Assembly (NCBI GenBank): GCA_965248265.1
Contig: CBDFJF010000002.1
Span: 1,216,001-1,280,000 of the forward strand
Direction: 5' to 3'
DNA: 64,000 bases
Source: Candidatus Latescibacterota bacterium
GTDB lineage: Bacteria > Latescibacterota > UBA2968 > UBA8231
The notes under the pieces: generated by a model
Database searches by the model: none
What the model saw: the letters and a program-made list of their open reading frames with translations, nothing else
What the model was told of the DNA's origin: nothing
Part shown: piece after piece, positions 1 to 10,800 of the stretch
Numbering within the stretch: position 1 is the stretch's first letter
Layout: every line of letters begins with the position of its first letter
Made by a program: the position numbers and the translations under genes

Positions 1-82
1 CATCAATGGCAAGCTGGAAAGCAGCCAGGGTGTTTTCCGTCTTCTTCAGCATGGCCCCACGGTGGGCGATGACGTCGGTCAT
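1..82 (-). CDS. Glycerophosphodiester phosphodiesterase (GDPD) family protein, N-terminus only (runs off the window)
   Basis: The reverse strand reads MTDVIAHRGAMLKKTENTLAAFQLAID, matching the IAHRG...ENT.AAF..A GDPD signature. Not in the ORF track. Confidence 0.8.
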   Translation of the reverse strand, partial: MTDVIAHRGAMLKKTENTLAAFQLAID

Positions 83-447
83 GCTCTCAATACAGCATGA
101 TCAGAGGGTCCTCGCAAGTACAGCCGCCCCAAAATGTTCAATCCCGGCTCCTATCGACCATAGCACACCGGCGAAGTCAGGTTGCGGAGCGCCTTGATGA
201 CGGTAAGGGAACGTCGGCGCTCGTGCTGGGATTCTGCTTGGTGGGCACGCCCTTCCAGAAAACGGGAACCGCTACTGGCAGGCCCTTCTACCCGGACTTC
301 GTCGTCCGCAGTCGCTCGAATCCCGACTCCGTGCTGACCGACTACGCTGAATGGGCGCGGATGTGGGGGGCGATCCATCGAAGTCGAAGCTTGCCGCCGG
401 CGGAACTTGCTCGGCGCCTGGCATCCGCGTCCTGGCTGATCGCGCCC

Positions 448-1236
448 TCACGGAGCCTCATCCTCGAACAGAGATGGGAAGAACCGGTGCGGATGGCCCG
501 GATTGTGGAACAGAATCTTCTGTTGACAGGTAAGCTCCTGGGTTGCCGGCTCTTGCACATGGCGGGGCCTCCAGGCCAGGTGAGAGATGCAGTACTTGTA
601 GAACAGGGACCTCCGTTGGCAGGGACCGCGCCACGCCGTGGTGCCGTGTGTCAGTGACTCGGTGAACACGATGGCTGAGCCGGCCGGCGCTGGAGGCACC
701 ACCACGCAGGGGGCATCTTCGCGGGCTTCCGCTATCTCCCGCGGCACCCGGTAGTGGCTCTTGTGACTCCCTGGGACACAGCAGAATCCGCCGACATCTG
801 GGCCGAGATCCGACAGGGCCCAGCTCACGACTGCGTATCCCTCGGCGATTTCCAACTCGGGAAACGAGTAGTACTCGCCCGGTCCGTTGGGAGTGTGATT
901 GGCCGAAGCACCGAAATCGGCGTGGAGGGGGCGACTAGGCATCCCCGGGTTCATGTGAATGCCGTAGATGCGGTCGAGTAGAAAACAGTCGCCCAGACGG
1001 AGGCGAAGGATCGGCATGACTCTCGGATGCGTCAGCAGCTGACAGAAAGGCGCGCCCCACTCCAGGAAACCAGCACCGTCAGGGGCGCGGCCGAACTTCA
1101 GCCGCTCCTCTGGCGGCGGCAGTGGCTGCCGATCGAGCAGCGAGTTGAGCGCCGCAACCTCGCCGGTGCTCAAGACGTTTTCGATTACGACATAGCCGTT
1201 TAAGTCGAAGAGGTACTTCAGCGTTTCATCATCCAT
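448..1236 (-). CDS. Phytanoyl-CoA dioxygenase (PhyH)-like Fe(II)/2-oxoglutarate oxygenase
   Basis: YLFDLNGYVVIENVL N-terminus, LHAD and LTHG facial-triad motifs, VPGSHK. GGAGG RBS lies upstream of ATG 1236. Confidence 0.88.
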   Translation of the reverse strand: MDDETLKYLFDLNGYVVIENVLSTGEVAALNSLLDRQPLPPPEERLKFGRAPDGAGFLEWGAPFCQLLTHPRVMPILRLRLGDCFLLDRIYGIHMNPGMPSRPLHADFGASANHTPNGPGEYYSFPELEIAEGYAVVSWALSDLGPDVGGFCCVPGSHKSHYRVPREIAEAREDAPCVVVPPAPAGSAIVFTESLTHGTTAWRGPCQRRSLFYKYCISHLAWRPRHVQEPATQELTCQQKILFHNPGHPHRFFPSLFEDEAP

Positions 1237-1281
1237 CAGACCTCCCACAGCAACCTCCGTTTGACGCAGACAATGGTCATT

Positions 1282-1580
1282 ATGTATAAGAACGATAAGG
1301 GCCCGTTATAGGGAGTCAAGATCGCTTGCGGCTTGGTGTCGAATGAAAAACTTGAGGTTTTTTGAGGGGTGCGATGTGCGTTTCGCTTAGCTCGTCGGGC
1401 ATGATGGTCTTGGATTCAGGGCTGAGGATGGTTTTTTGGCGTTTTTGCTGATCCGCAAGGTCGATTCAGGCACATCGATCCCGTCGGATCAGGCGGCACC
1501 CGCTCGAATCAGGCTGCGTATTCGAGCTCAGATTGCTGAGAAAGCCGTGCCGGTGCGATGGGTGGTGGCCGAGCCGGCAG
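1282..1580 (-). mobile_element. Remnant 3' end of an IS91/ISCR-like element: last 23 transposase codons plus a 227-bp oriIS-side tail
   Basis: 1580-1509 encodes LPARPPPIAPARLSQQSELEYAA*, homologous to LPPRAPPIAPARPHPQPELDFAA* ending at 57397. The tail ends ...TTATCGTTCTTATACAT and its terminal ~100 bp recur at 19448. Confidence 0.78.
1292..1319 (-). promoter_or_regulatory. Outward-facing sigma70-like promoter in the IS end, pointing at the phyH-like gene
   Basis: TTGACT-16 nt-TATCGT on the minus strand. The same boxes occur at 19458-19485. Confidence 0.5.
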
Positions 1581-1769
1581 GATGCTGGCTCCAAGCCAGG
1601 CAAGTGCAGCGCGAATCGTGTCGGTGTGAGCCAGTGCGTGCGCGGTGACGAGAGTCAGCGCGATCTGTGCCATGAAGGTAAGGAGCCCCTTGAGTCCCTC
1701 ACCCCATGCGACGGGAACTTCCGCCGGTCCAGCTTCAGTCAGCCCCAGCCCCAGCGCCATCAGCTCCAC
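1581..1769 (-). pseudogene. Internal fragment of a short-chain fatty acid transporter (AtoE-like), fused in frame to the transposase tail
   Basis: LGLTEAGPAEVPVAWGEGLKGLLTFMAQIALTLVTAHALAHT resembles the AtoE WG.G...LL.F..Q..L.LVT.HALA motif. About 60 codons, with no proper start or end. Confidence 0.6.
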
Positions 1770-1951
1770 GAGTGTACGGGAGTGCCCAAGACGGGAGAGA
1801 TTTTTGGAAGGCCAGGGGAAGATTCGATATATTACCTGACAGCAGAGCCGCGAACTCGCTTACCGACGTATGCTGAGGCCACCGACTGCACCTGAAGTAA
1901 CCGGAACGATGGCTGGACACTTGCGAGGTTTCCTAAGAACTGGAGGGGAGG

Positions 1952-4810
1952 ATGAAAAAGACACTGCTTTTCTCGTTGACGCTTTTCTCGTTAGCCAACG
2001 CCCAGACAGACTACGACTATGTATCGCCAAAACCTGGTGCGATACTGGTCACAAACCAGACAAACATAATATTGCGACACGCAGATCAGCTTGATGCGGC
2101 GACGATATCTGATGATTTAATCAAGGTGGTTGGCGCTAAGTCCGGATTGCACAAAGGCGAGCTAGTTCTCTCCGCCGACGGTCAGACCGTTGTTTTCAAT
2201 CCGCATACCGCTTTTTCTGAAGACGAAGATGTAACCGTCCAAATTCGAAACGGGATGAAAACGCAGACGGGGGTCGGCATAAATGACTTTTCATTTCATT
2301 TTGAGACGGCACCTGGCGGGATAGTGCAAAGATACGTACCCGCGTTTTCTGGTTACACAACAGCTGACGTCATCCCTGAAACTCAAAAAAAACTTGCCCA
2401 AAGTGAGCTGCTTCCGGCACCGCCAATAACGGTTCACTCGGTCAATAATCCCTCTCCGGGCCATATCTTCATGACGGCCTGGGATCGCAATAATCCCCAT
2501 GTGTACGGCAATTTTCTATTTATCCTCGATCACAGAGGGACCATCGTGGACTCGGTGAGAGTCGATGGCGCGCCTTTTGATTTTAGGGTTCAACCAAATG
2601 GTCTTCTGTCCTACTCAAAGGGTGATTTCGCGGGCAATGTTCCCGGGGCGGGAGAGGAACAGCGGCAGATCGTACTCGATAATACTCTTGCGGTAGTGGA
2701 TAGTTTCAAAACGGGGAATGGATACAATACGGATTTTCATGAATTCAGGATGTTGCCCAATGGCAACGCAATGCTGATGTCATATCATCCGGTTACATAC
2801 GATATGAGCAAACTGATCGAAGGCGGAAAAGTCGATGCATCACTCATACTCAACGTAATTCAAGAACAGGATCGGGATAAAAATGTGGTGTTTGAATGGC
2901 GCAATATCGATCACCTTCCGATTACCGATACTGTCATAGACTTGACTCTCCCTCGAATCAACTATGCAACCTTGAATGCTTTTTCTATTGACGACGACGG
3001 AAACATTCTCACCTCTTTTAGAAATATGGGTGAATTGATGAAAATCAATCGTGCAACCGGTGAGGTGATGTGGAGGATGGGAAGTCCGCGCGGAGAATTC
3101 ACCTTTATCGGAGAGAACGAAGAAAACGCCCCCTATTATTTTTCCCATCAGCATCACATAGTCAGGCTCCCGAATGGTAATGTTTCCTTCTTCGATAACG
3201 GAAATTTTCATTCTCCACCGTACTCTCGCGCGGTTGAGTACGCCCTTGATGAAGACAACAAGACAGCAACATTGGTTTCAGAATGGCGCTATCCTGGTGA
3301 AGACATTTTCGCTGCCTTCGCCGGTAACGCCCAGAGACTTCAAGACGGTGGCTGGTTAATTGGATATGGAATCCTATCCCCCCAAAGCCCCGTAAAGAGA
3401 AACGTAGTAGAGACCCATGCAGACGGAACCATCGCTCTGGAGATCTCCTTGCCTGAAAACGTAATCTCATACCGGACATACAAGTTTCCTTGGAAGGACT
3501 CTGTGGTCCGAGCCTCAGTTAGCCATTTCGATTTATTTGAGGGGAATTCATACTCTTTTGATGATGAATTCAATAGGACCGGCGTTACCGTACATTATAC
3601 CGCTTTAAGCTCTGGTACATACAATGAAGCGACAGTTACGAGAGTTCCTCTCGCTCCGTTAGAGCCGGAGTTTCTGGAAAGTCCTCCAACGATGTATCCC
3701 GTTTCAATCGTTTACAGCGGATCCGCTATTACATCTCATATTGTAGAAGTCCGTCTGGATTTGGGTGCGTATCCGGAGATCAAACATCCGGCAACGAGCT
3801 CACTGTACTGGAGGGAGTTTCCGGGCAACGGATTGTTCTTGCCGGTGGAAACTGCCTACGATAGTGGGACCAATGAGCTGATTGCTACGGTCAACGGATT
3901 TGGCGAGTTGGCTGTTGGAAATACTGGAAATGAGTACGGTGCCAACCCACCGATTCTGTTCGAGCCTTTAGACAATGATAGATTGCTGCTGGAGGATTCA
4001 ACGCCGCTCCGTTGGAGCGGGAGGGGATCAGCTGATGCGTTCCAGATTCAAGTCTCGACCGACAGCGAATTCAATACGCTCCTGGTAGATTTCCAGATCA
4101 GACAATCGATTTTTGATGTTGAGGAACTGGCCAACAATACCAGGTATTATTGGCGTGTCCGAGCGATGGTAGGTGCAGAGGAAAGTGCCTGGTCTCCTGT
4201 TTGGAGTTTTGAAACGACCGATCCCTTTATTGATTTGACATTCCCGAGTGCCGTTGAGGGATTGTTTTTCTTGGGATCGGTCAGAGTTTTGCGTTGGGAA
4301 ACCAACATATTGGACACAGTGACAATCGATCTGTTCGCGGACGGCCAACATGCAATGGCCATTGGGGAAATTGCCGGAAACATCGAAGCATTCGCATGGG
4401 AGATACCAGCTGATCTGAGTACTTCGTCGGCATATACGATTCAAATTACAAGCTTGGCAGACGCAGGTCTTTCCGTTTCCAGTCAGGGATTCAGTCTCAT
4501 CGACAGTGATATGACTGCCATCACCGAATCCGGTGATGCCCTCCCTTATAAGTTTTCCTTACGTCAGAATTATCCGAATCCGTTTAATTCGGAGACGGTT
4601 ATTGCCTTCGAAGTGCCTAGGGATTCATATGTGACGTTGAAGGTTTATTCACTAAGTGGTGCGACGGTAGCCGCTCCGATACAGCGGCACATGTCAGCTG
4701 GTCAACACCAGGTCAGCTTTTCAGGGGAGGGGTTGGCTTCGGGGGTCTACGTTTATTCACTGGAGAGTGGCGATTTTGGACAGGTTAACAAGATGCTTTT
4801 GTTGAAATAG
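1952..4810 (+). CDS. Secreted aryl-sulfate sulfotransferase (ASST)-like protein with Ig-like/FN3 domains and a C-terminal FlgD-Ig/T9SS-type tail
   Basis: Signal peptide MKKTLLFSLTLFSLANA, Ig-like N-domain, ASST motifs DFHE, SFRN, HQH, FFDNG, SRAVEY, FN3 YYWRVRA, and tail FSLRQNYPNPFN...SGVYVY...KMLLLK. Confidence 0.85.
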   Translation: MKKTLLFSLTLFSLANAQTDYDYVSPKPGAILVTNQTNIILRHADQLDAATISDDLIKVVGAKSGLHKGELVLSADGQTVVFNPHTAFSEDEDVTVQIRNGMKTQTGVGINDFSFHFETAPGGIVQRYVPAFSGYTTADVIPETQKKLAQSELLPAPPITVHSVNNPSPGHIFMTAWDRNNPHVYGNFLFILDHRGTIVDSVRVDGAPFDFRVQPNGLLSYSKGDFAGNVPGAGEEQRQIVLDNTLAVVDSFKTGNGYNTDFHEFRMLPNGNAMLMSYHPVTYDMSKLIEGGKVDASLILNVIQEQDRDKNVVFEWRNIDHLPITDTVIDLTLPRINYATLNAFSIDDDGNILTSFRNMGELMKINRATGEVMWRMGSPRGEFTFIGENEENAPYYFSHQHHIVRLPNGNVSFFDNGNFHSPPYSRAVEYALDEDNKTATLVSEWRYPGEDIFAAFAGNAQRLQDGGWLIGYGILSPQSPVKRNVVETHADGTIALEISLPENVISYRTYKFPWKDSVVRASVSHFDLFEGNSYSFDDEFNRTGVTVHYTALSSGTYNEATVTRVPLAPLEPEFLESPPTMYPVSIVYSGSAITSHIVEVRLDLGAYPEIKHPATSSLYWREFPGNGLFLPVETAYDSGTNELIATVNGFGELAVGNTGNEYGANPPILFEPLDNDRLLLEDSTPLRWSGRGSADAFQIQVSTDSEFNTLLVDFQIRQSIFDVEELANNTRYYWRVRAMVGAEESAWSPVWSFETTDPFIDLTFPSAVEGLFFLGSVRVLRWETNILDTVTIDLFADGQHAMAIGEIAGNIEAFAWEIPADLSTSSAYTIQITSLADAGLSVSSQGFSLIDSDMTAITESGDALPYKFSLRQNYPNPFNSETVIAFEVPRDSYVTLKVYSLSGATVAAPIQRHMSAGQHQVSFSGEGLASGVYVYSLESGDFGQVNKMLLLK

Positions 4811-4864
4811 GTGCGTATTGACGAATACGGATGGAATCTGAAAGGAGTGTGACGTAAACAGGCA

Positions 4865-7800
4865 ATGTTGCAGGGTTCCCCGAGTACTCTACGCAATCAA
4901 AGGCGGCCCCTTTGGTTGTTGTGTGTTATCGGTTTGTGCATCAGCTGGAACGGTGACCTGGCCCATGCGGTGACCGGCTCCTTCCGCACCATTCAGGGCG
5001 TTGCCGTACCCAGCGATTTCCCCGCAGTAACGACTCACATCAACGATTCGCCGGACCCAGGGTTTATTTATTTGAGCACCTTGGGCAGCGTGCCTTATGT
5101 CTTGATGCTGGACAATGCTGGCACCCCACTGTTTTACAAGAAGCTCAACCAGCTGAAATCTGTGGAGCAGGAACCCTTCGACTTCAAGGCACAGCCCAAC
5201 GGCTTTTGGACCTATTACGACAGAGGTTACCCCGCCCATATTGTGATGGATTCAACCTATACCGTTGTCGATACCATCAGGGCTGGAAACGGGTACTGGC
5301 CCAATGCCCACGAGTTGCGACTGTTGGCAAACGGCCATGCGCTCATCATCGGCAGCAGGCATATGGCTGTTGATATGAGCAGGATCGTGGATGGGGGCAA
5401 CCCGAAGGCGATAGTCAGGACCGATGTCGTGCAGGAACTGGATCGAGAGAGGAACGTCATCTTTGAATGGCGTGCGTGGGATCACTTTGAGATCACCGAT
5501 GCCGTGCACGAGAACCTGAGGGCATCTTTCATCGACTATTGCCACATGAATTCAATCGATGTGGATACTGACGGGCATCTGCTCATCTCCAGCCGGCATT
5601 TGAGCGAAATCACAAAGATCCATCGCAGATCCGGGCGAATCATCTGGCGCTTCGGGGGAGTTAACAACCAGTTTAGGCTGGTAAACGATGATCGGGGCAT
5701 TTCGTACCAGCACAGCATCCATGGCCTGGGAGACGGTCGCTATCTCCTCTTCGACAACGGCAATCACCACTCGCCACCCTACTCAAGGGCCGTCGAGTAC
5801 CATCTGGATGAAGCGACGAGAAGGGCCACGCTGGTGTGGGAATACGATGGGGGAGGCGAATACCTTTCGCGGTCATTGGCCAACGTCCAGCGCCTGCCCA
5901 GCGGCAACACGCTTATCAACTGGGCCTACCCCCACATTCCCAAACTGACCGAAGTGCGCCCAGACTGCACGCTGGTTTACGAGCTCGATTTTGACGACTA
6001 TGCCTTTACATACCGGACCTTCCGCTTCCCCCAGCAGGGCCAGGCGGAAGTACCTTATTTGATCGCTGAACCCCACGCCGATCACGTTCTCTTGGTTTTT
6101 AATCAATTCGGAGAGGCCCCGGTAGCCCGTTACAATATTTACGGCGGTACCTCCCCTCACCCCCAGGCCCGAATCGCCTCGACGGAAGACAACGCCATCG
6201 AATTATCCGAGCTGCAGAACCTGAGGAAGTACTATTTTCGTACAACTGCGGTCGATGACCAGGGACGTGAAAGCGGGTACTCGAACGAAGTTGCCGTATT
6301 CGTCCACTTCATGGATCCAAGTTCCGATAGGGTCCTCAACGGAGATTTTTCTCAGGGTGACAACTTCTGGCAACTCAAAACGAGCGACCAGGCCGTTGCC
6401 AGTAGGAGGATCAGCGACAGTGGGGTTTATCACCTGGGTATCGAGAACGGAGGCAGCGCCCAGGGAAGCGTTCAGCTTATCCAGGAACCCATCGAGCTAA
6501 TTGAAGGAGTGTCCTATGTTCTCGAACTTGAAGCCTACGCCGCTACCAGCCGGCCGTTTTCGGCCAAAGTGCGGAGGATCTCCGGTCATTCGCCCGACTA
6601 TCTCCGGTTAGGATCGAAGCCGTTAAGCTCAACGCCGACGAAACACTCCTTCCCTTTCTTGATGGAAAAACAGTCAGACCACGAGGCCCGGCTTGTACTG
6701 GAATTTGGCTCTCTGGACGTGGACGTCTTCCTGCAGAATGTCTCCCTCAAGATTTCAAACCCATCAGCCGCCGCCGAAGGCGTCGTGGGCGCGCTGGATG
6801 TCGACGACTCTGGCACGGGCAGACTGCAATTCACATCATCGCAAGGCCCGGTAGAGCTATTACAGCCGGTGGAGTTCGTCGATGCTGATGGTAACGCCGT
6901 AGATCCAAATACGATTGAGGAGGGTACTGGTCTGTCTATGGGGATACGGCGGAGGAGTACGGGTGAGGTACAGGCGTACGAGGTGGTAGTGGGCGGAGCT
7001 CTTGGCGGTGGTGAGTCGTTTAATATGCACTTCGGCGGTTTCGGAACCACAGCCGGTGGTGGCGTAACAATCCTTCCTCAGGTTGACGAATACGAGATGA
7101 AACCCGAAACGCTGGTTAAGCCTTTCGGGAGCTTGGAGACCGTTTCGTTTTCTGCGGTGTCCGCGGAAGACGTGTTGGGATACAGCGTAGAGTTGTGGTA
7201 CACGACGGATGAATCGGGGGTACGGGTAGTGACGGAGGTGCATGTGTGCGGGCTGCCAGAGGACCCGGAGCCGGACCAATACAGTAACAGGCGATTGTCG
7301 GCATATGCGGTCGACCCAGAGACGGGCGTAATTCGGCGGCAAATCATGTCTATTCTACATGAATTTGCTGTTTGGCAGGACACCCAGGGCAACACAGTGG
7401 ATCCGCAGACGGTGGTGGAGGGTACGCGGCTGGTGAACTACGGTCGGGTGGTGCGGGTTAAAGCAGAAGGAGACTTCGTCGAGGCTCGGGAGCGGGGGTT
7501 CATTCGCTTCGAGGACGGTATACTGTACACGTATCCGTTGTTTTCTGAGCAGATGCGCGTGGCGTCGGATGTGGTGTTGGTGGATGAATCCACAGGGGAG
7601 GACGTAACGGCCAATGGCCTTTCTCAGGTTGACGGCTTGGTGCGGATACAGACCTTGCTTCCTGGCCGCTTTCCGAACGATCTGATCGTGCGGATCGCTC
7701 TGAATCCGCAGGATGGGAAAAAGGTCGGCGAGGTTGCCGCCCTGGAGTTGAATGAAGATGACGTGCTGATATTGCGATTCAAGTCGGATCCGGTGCCATT

Positions 7801-10800
7801 GACGTCGGCCGTCGAATTTGTCGATGTCAGTGGAAACGTGGTAGATCCGTCAACGATCGCGTCAGGAGCCAATTTGGCGCTGGAGGTGTCGGAGACAGGC
7901 GCCGGTGAAGTAGAGGCCGCAAAAGTGATAGTGGGACTATCTGGTGAAGCAAGTCCATCGTTAGTGAGAATACTGTTTGGCGGGTTTGAGACACTGTCAG
8001 ATGGACGCGAGGCGATTGTGCCGCAGCGGCGTCCGTTTGAGGTGGATCCGGCGGCGTCGATTTCTCTGCCTTGGTCCCGGCCAGATCTCGTACCGGTCTC
8101 CTCCATATTGTGTCCGGATGATGACATCGTGGGTCGCGACGTGACAGTGGACCTGGCAGCGAACGAGTCGAATGAGCCGGTGGGACAGTCGATCGTTGTG
8201 CATGGTTCGGCAGAGACTGGGCTAGCTCAGGGGCTTGTGAATGCCATGGTGTTGGATGAAGCAGGCGGTGGTACCCTACGGTTGGCGCCAGTCAGACCCG
8301 TGGCGGTGAGTGAGATCACGGAATACGTGAATGCAGAAGGCAATACGGTAGAGCCGGGCTCGATTGGGATCGGCACCCAGGTAACGGCGCGTGTATGGTG
8401 GACGACCGGCGGCGAGCCTCAGGCGTACATGGTGCGCGTAGGGGGTGAGCCGGCGACTGGAGTTTCGTCGTTGTCGTTCAAGTTTGGCGGATTCGAGATG
8501 CTGGAGGACGGTCGCGAGGTGATCGTGCCGCAGGCGGCGGATGATTTCGTCGTAGCCCCGGATCAGTTGGTATGGATGGGGAACGGCGATGGTTCTGTGC
8601 CGTTTTCGTCACTGTCCGCCGAGGATGTACTGGGTTTTCCAGTGAACGTTAATTGGTCGGAGGGACCGTGTGGTACAAACGTAGTTGCAGATTTGACTGT
8701 GCATGAAGCGGTCGAGATACCGCCGGAATTTCAAGATAGGTTTGTTTCCGTATCTGTTGTGGATGAAGCACGCAGACTGATCGTGTTGAACCCTACTCTC
8801 AAAGTAGATGAGTCGACGGAATGGGTGGACATCGACCCGTCGCTGTTGCAGCCAGACTCAGAGCTGGTCATCGAGACGGCGTTCATCGAGGACTCGGCGA
8901 TCCAGTTTGTTGTAGACGAATCGTCGGATTGGTCGGGCATCGATCCGTCGTCGTTGCAGCCGGACACGGAGCTGGTCATCCAGGCGGTGGCGATCCCAAA
9001 CGCCGAAGGCCGGTTGCTAGAGCACGCCAGGCGGGTGGAGGTGACGGACGAAGACGTTGATTATTCTCCGCCGTATGGGGACGGTCTCAGGGTGCTTTTC
9101 GGCGGGTATGTCTCCTTTGATGGAGTGCAGTTGGTGGTGGACGCGGAATCCCCTCGCTCGGTACAGCAAGCCAGCCGTGTGTGGTTGAAGGAGGAAGGAG
9201 CGGATTACTCTCATCTGACCGATTGGATTTTCGCCGGGTTCCTGTCCTTTGACGGCGAGGCGTTGGTCACGTATGACTTGAACGCGGTGACGATTGCAAC
9301 TGGTTCTCCCGTCCTGGCCTTGGACGCCCGGTTGACGGACGACCGCACCGGCGCTGATGTCACGGCTGGCGGACTTCCAGCCGAGTTCTCACAAAAGTCA
9401 CGTCTGCGGATGATATCGCTTCCTCCCGCGGAGAATAGACCTGCGCTTCTGGTTGCGGAGATCGGCTTGAATGTGCCAGGAAACAACGCCGAGACCGCTG
9501 CCGCCCTCGATCTGGACCCGGAGCCCGGGCCCCAGGGCGTCGTCCGGCAACGAACCACAGCCGGCGAGTCCATTCAGTTGTCGGTTTATCTGTCTGGTTT
9601 GGCCGAAGTGACCGGCATAACCGTCGACGTCGTCTACGACCCGGCGCAGGTCCTTCTCGAAGGCGCTTCACCAGGGGAGGGTGGCTTGGAAGAGAATGTT
9701 CTGGGGAGTGGAGCTGTCTTCACTTCTGAAGGGGACGAAGAGGGTGTCGTCAGGTACACGGGAACTCTCCCGAGCTTCTTCGGAGGCGGAGTTGCGGCAC
9801 GGCAGGGTCTGTTTGTCGTACTCGAGTTCCACACCTTGCCAGGATTTACTCGTGCCGACTTTACGCTCGGACGCGTAGCGCTGAATTCCTCGAGTGGCTC
9901 GAACATCCTCAAGCCAAGTTTGGTCGCCCAGCTGATCGGCGACACAGGAGCGGATTTCAATTTCGATGGATTCGTAGGTTGGGCTGATCTGTTCCTGTTC
10001 GCAGATGCCTGGTTGATCGATGACTTCGATCCGATTTACGATCTGAACTGGGACGGGGAGCTCGACGAGCTCGATCTGTCCATGTTCCACCAGCAATGGG
10101 GTCAGGTGGTGGGTGGTGACCCGGCAAAGCTGTTGGCCCGCCGCGAGCCGCCGGCAAAGGCTGGCGTCATGCAACTCCAAACAGGTCGCGATGACGAGGA
10201 AGAAGTAGAGCTTCTCCTCCGGGTTGATGAGGCGAGTGTTCTCGCCTACGGTGCTTCTCTCATCTACAACCGCAGCGCCTGGCGCCTGAAAAGCATCGCC
10301 GACGTGCGCGAAGGATCCACGCCGGCGCGGCGACAGACGCATGTGAGTGGCGAGCGCCCTGATGAAATCCTCCTAGTTGGTGGTACAGTCGATGGTGCGG
10401 AGGTCGAAGGGGTGCTGGCACGGTTGGTTTTCGAACGTTTGGCACCAGACGCCGTGGGTAGCTTTCAGATCGCCGAGGCTGCGCTACGCCTGACAGATGG
10501 CACCGTGGTGCAACCGCGTCGCAACATCCACGCCGAAATAGGGCGGATCCCAAAGGGTTTTGCTCTTGACCACAACTACCCGAATCCATTCAACCAGTCA
10601 ACGAAGATTCCGTACCGACTGGCTGCATCTTCGACTGTGCAACTGGAGGTCTTCGACGTTGCCGGTCGCAAGGTGCGAACCATCCTCACCGAACGCCAGG
10701 AAGCTGGTTTCCGCGAAGCGAGGTGGGACGGACGCGACGAGGACGGTGTCGGCGTCGCCAGTGGAGTCTACTTCTATCGATTGACGGCATCGCCATCTAT

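Noticed and set aside
97-657. 186-aa + strand ORF
   Set aside because: It overlaps the 3' end of the phyH gene and has no recognisable motif. Part of it may be another gene scrap, but I could not assign it.
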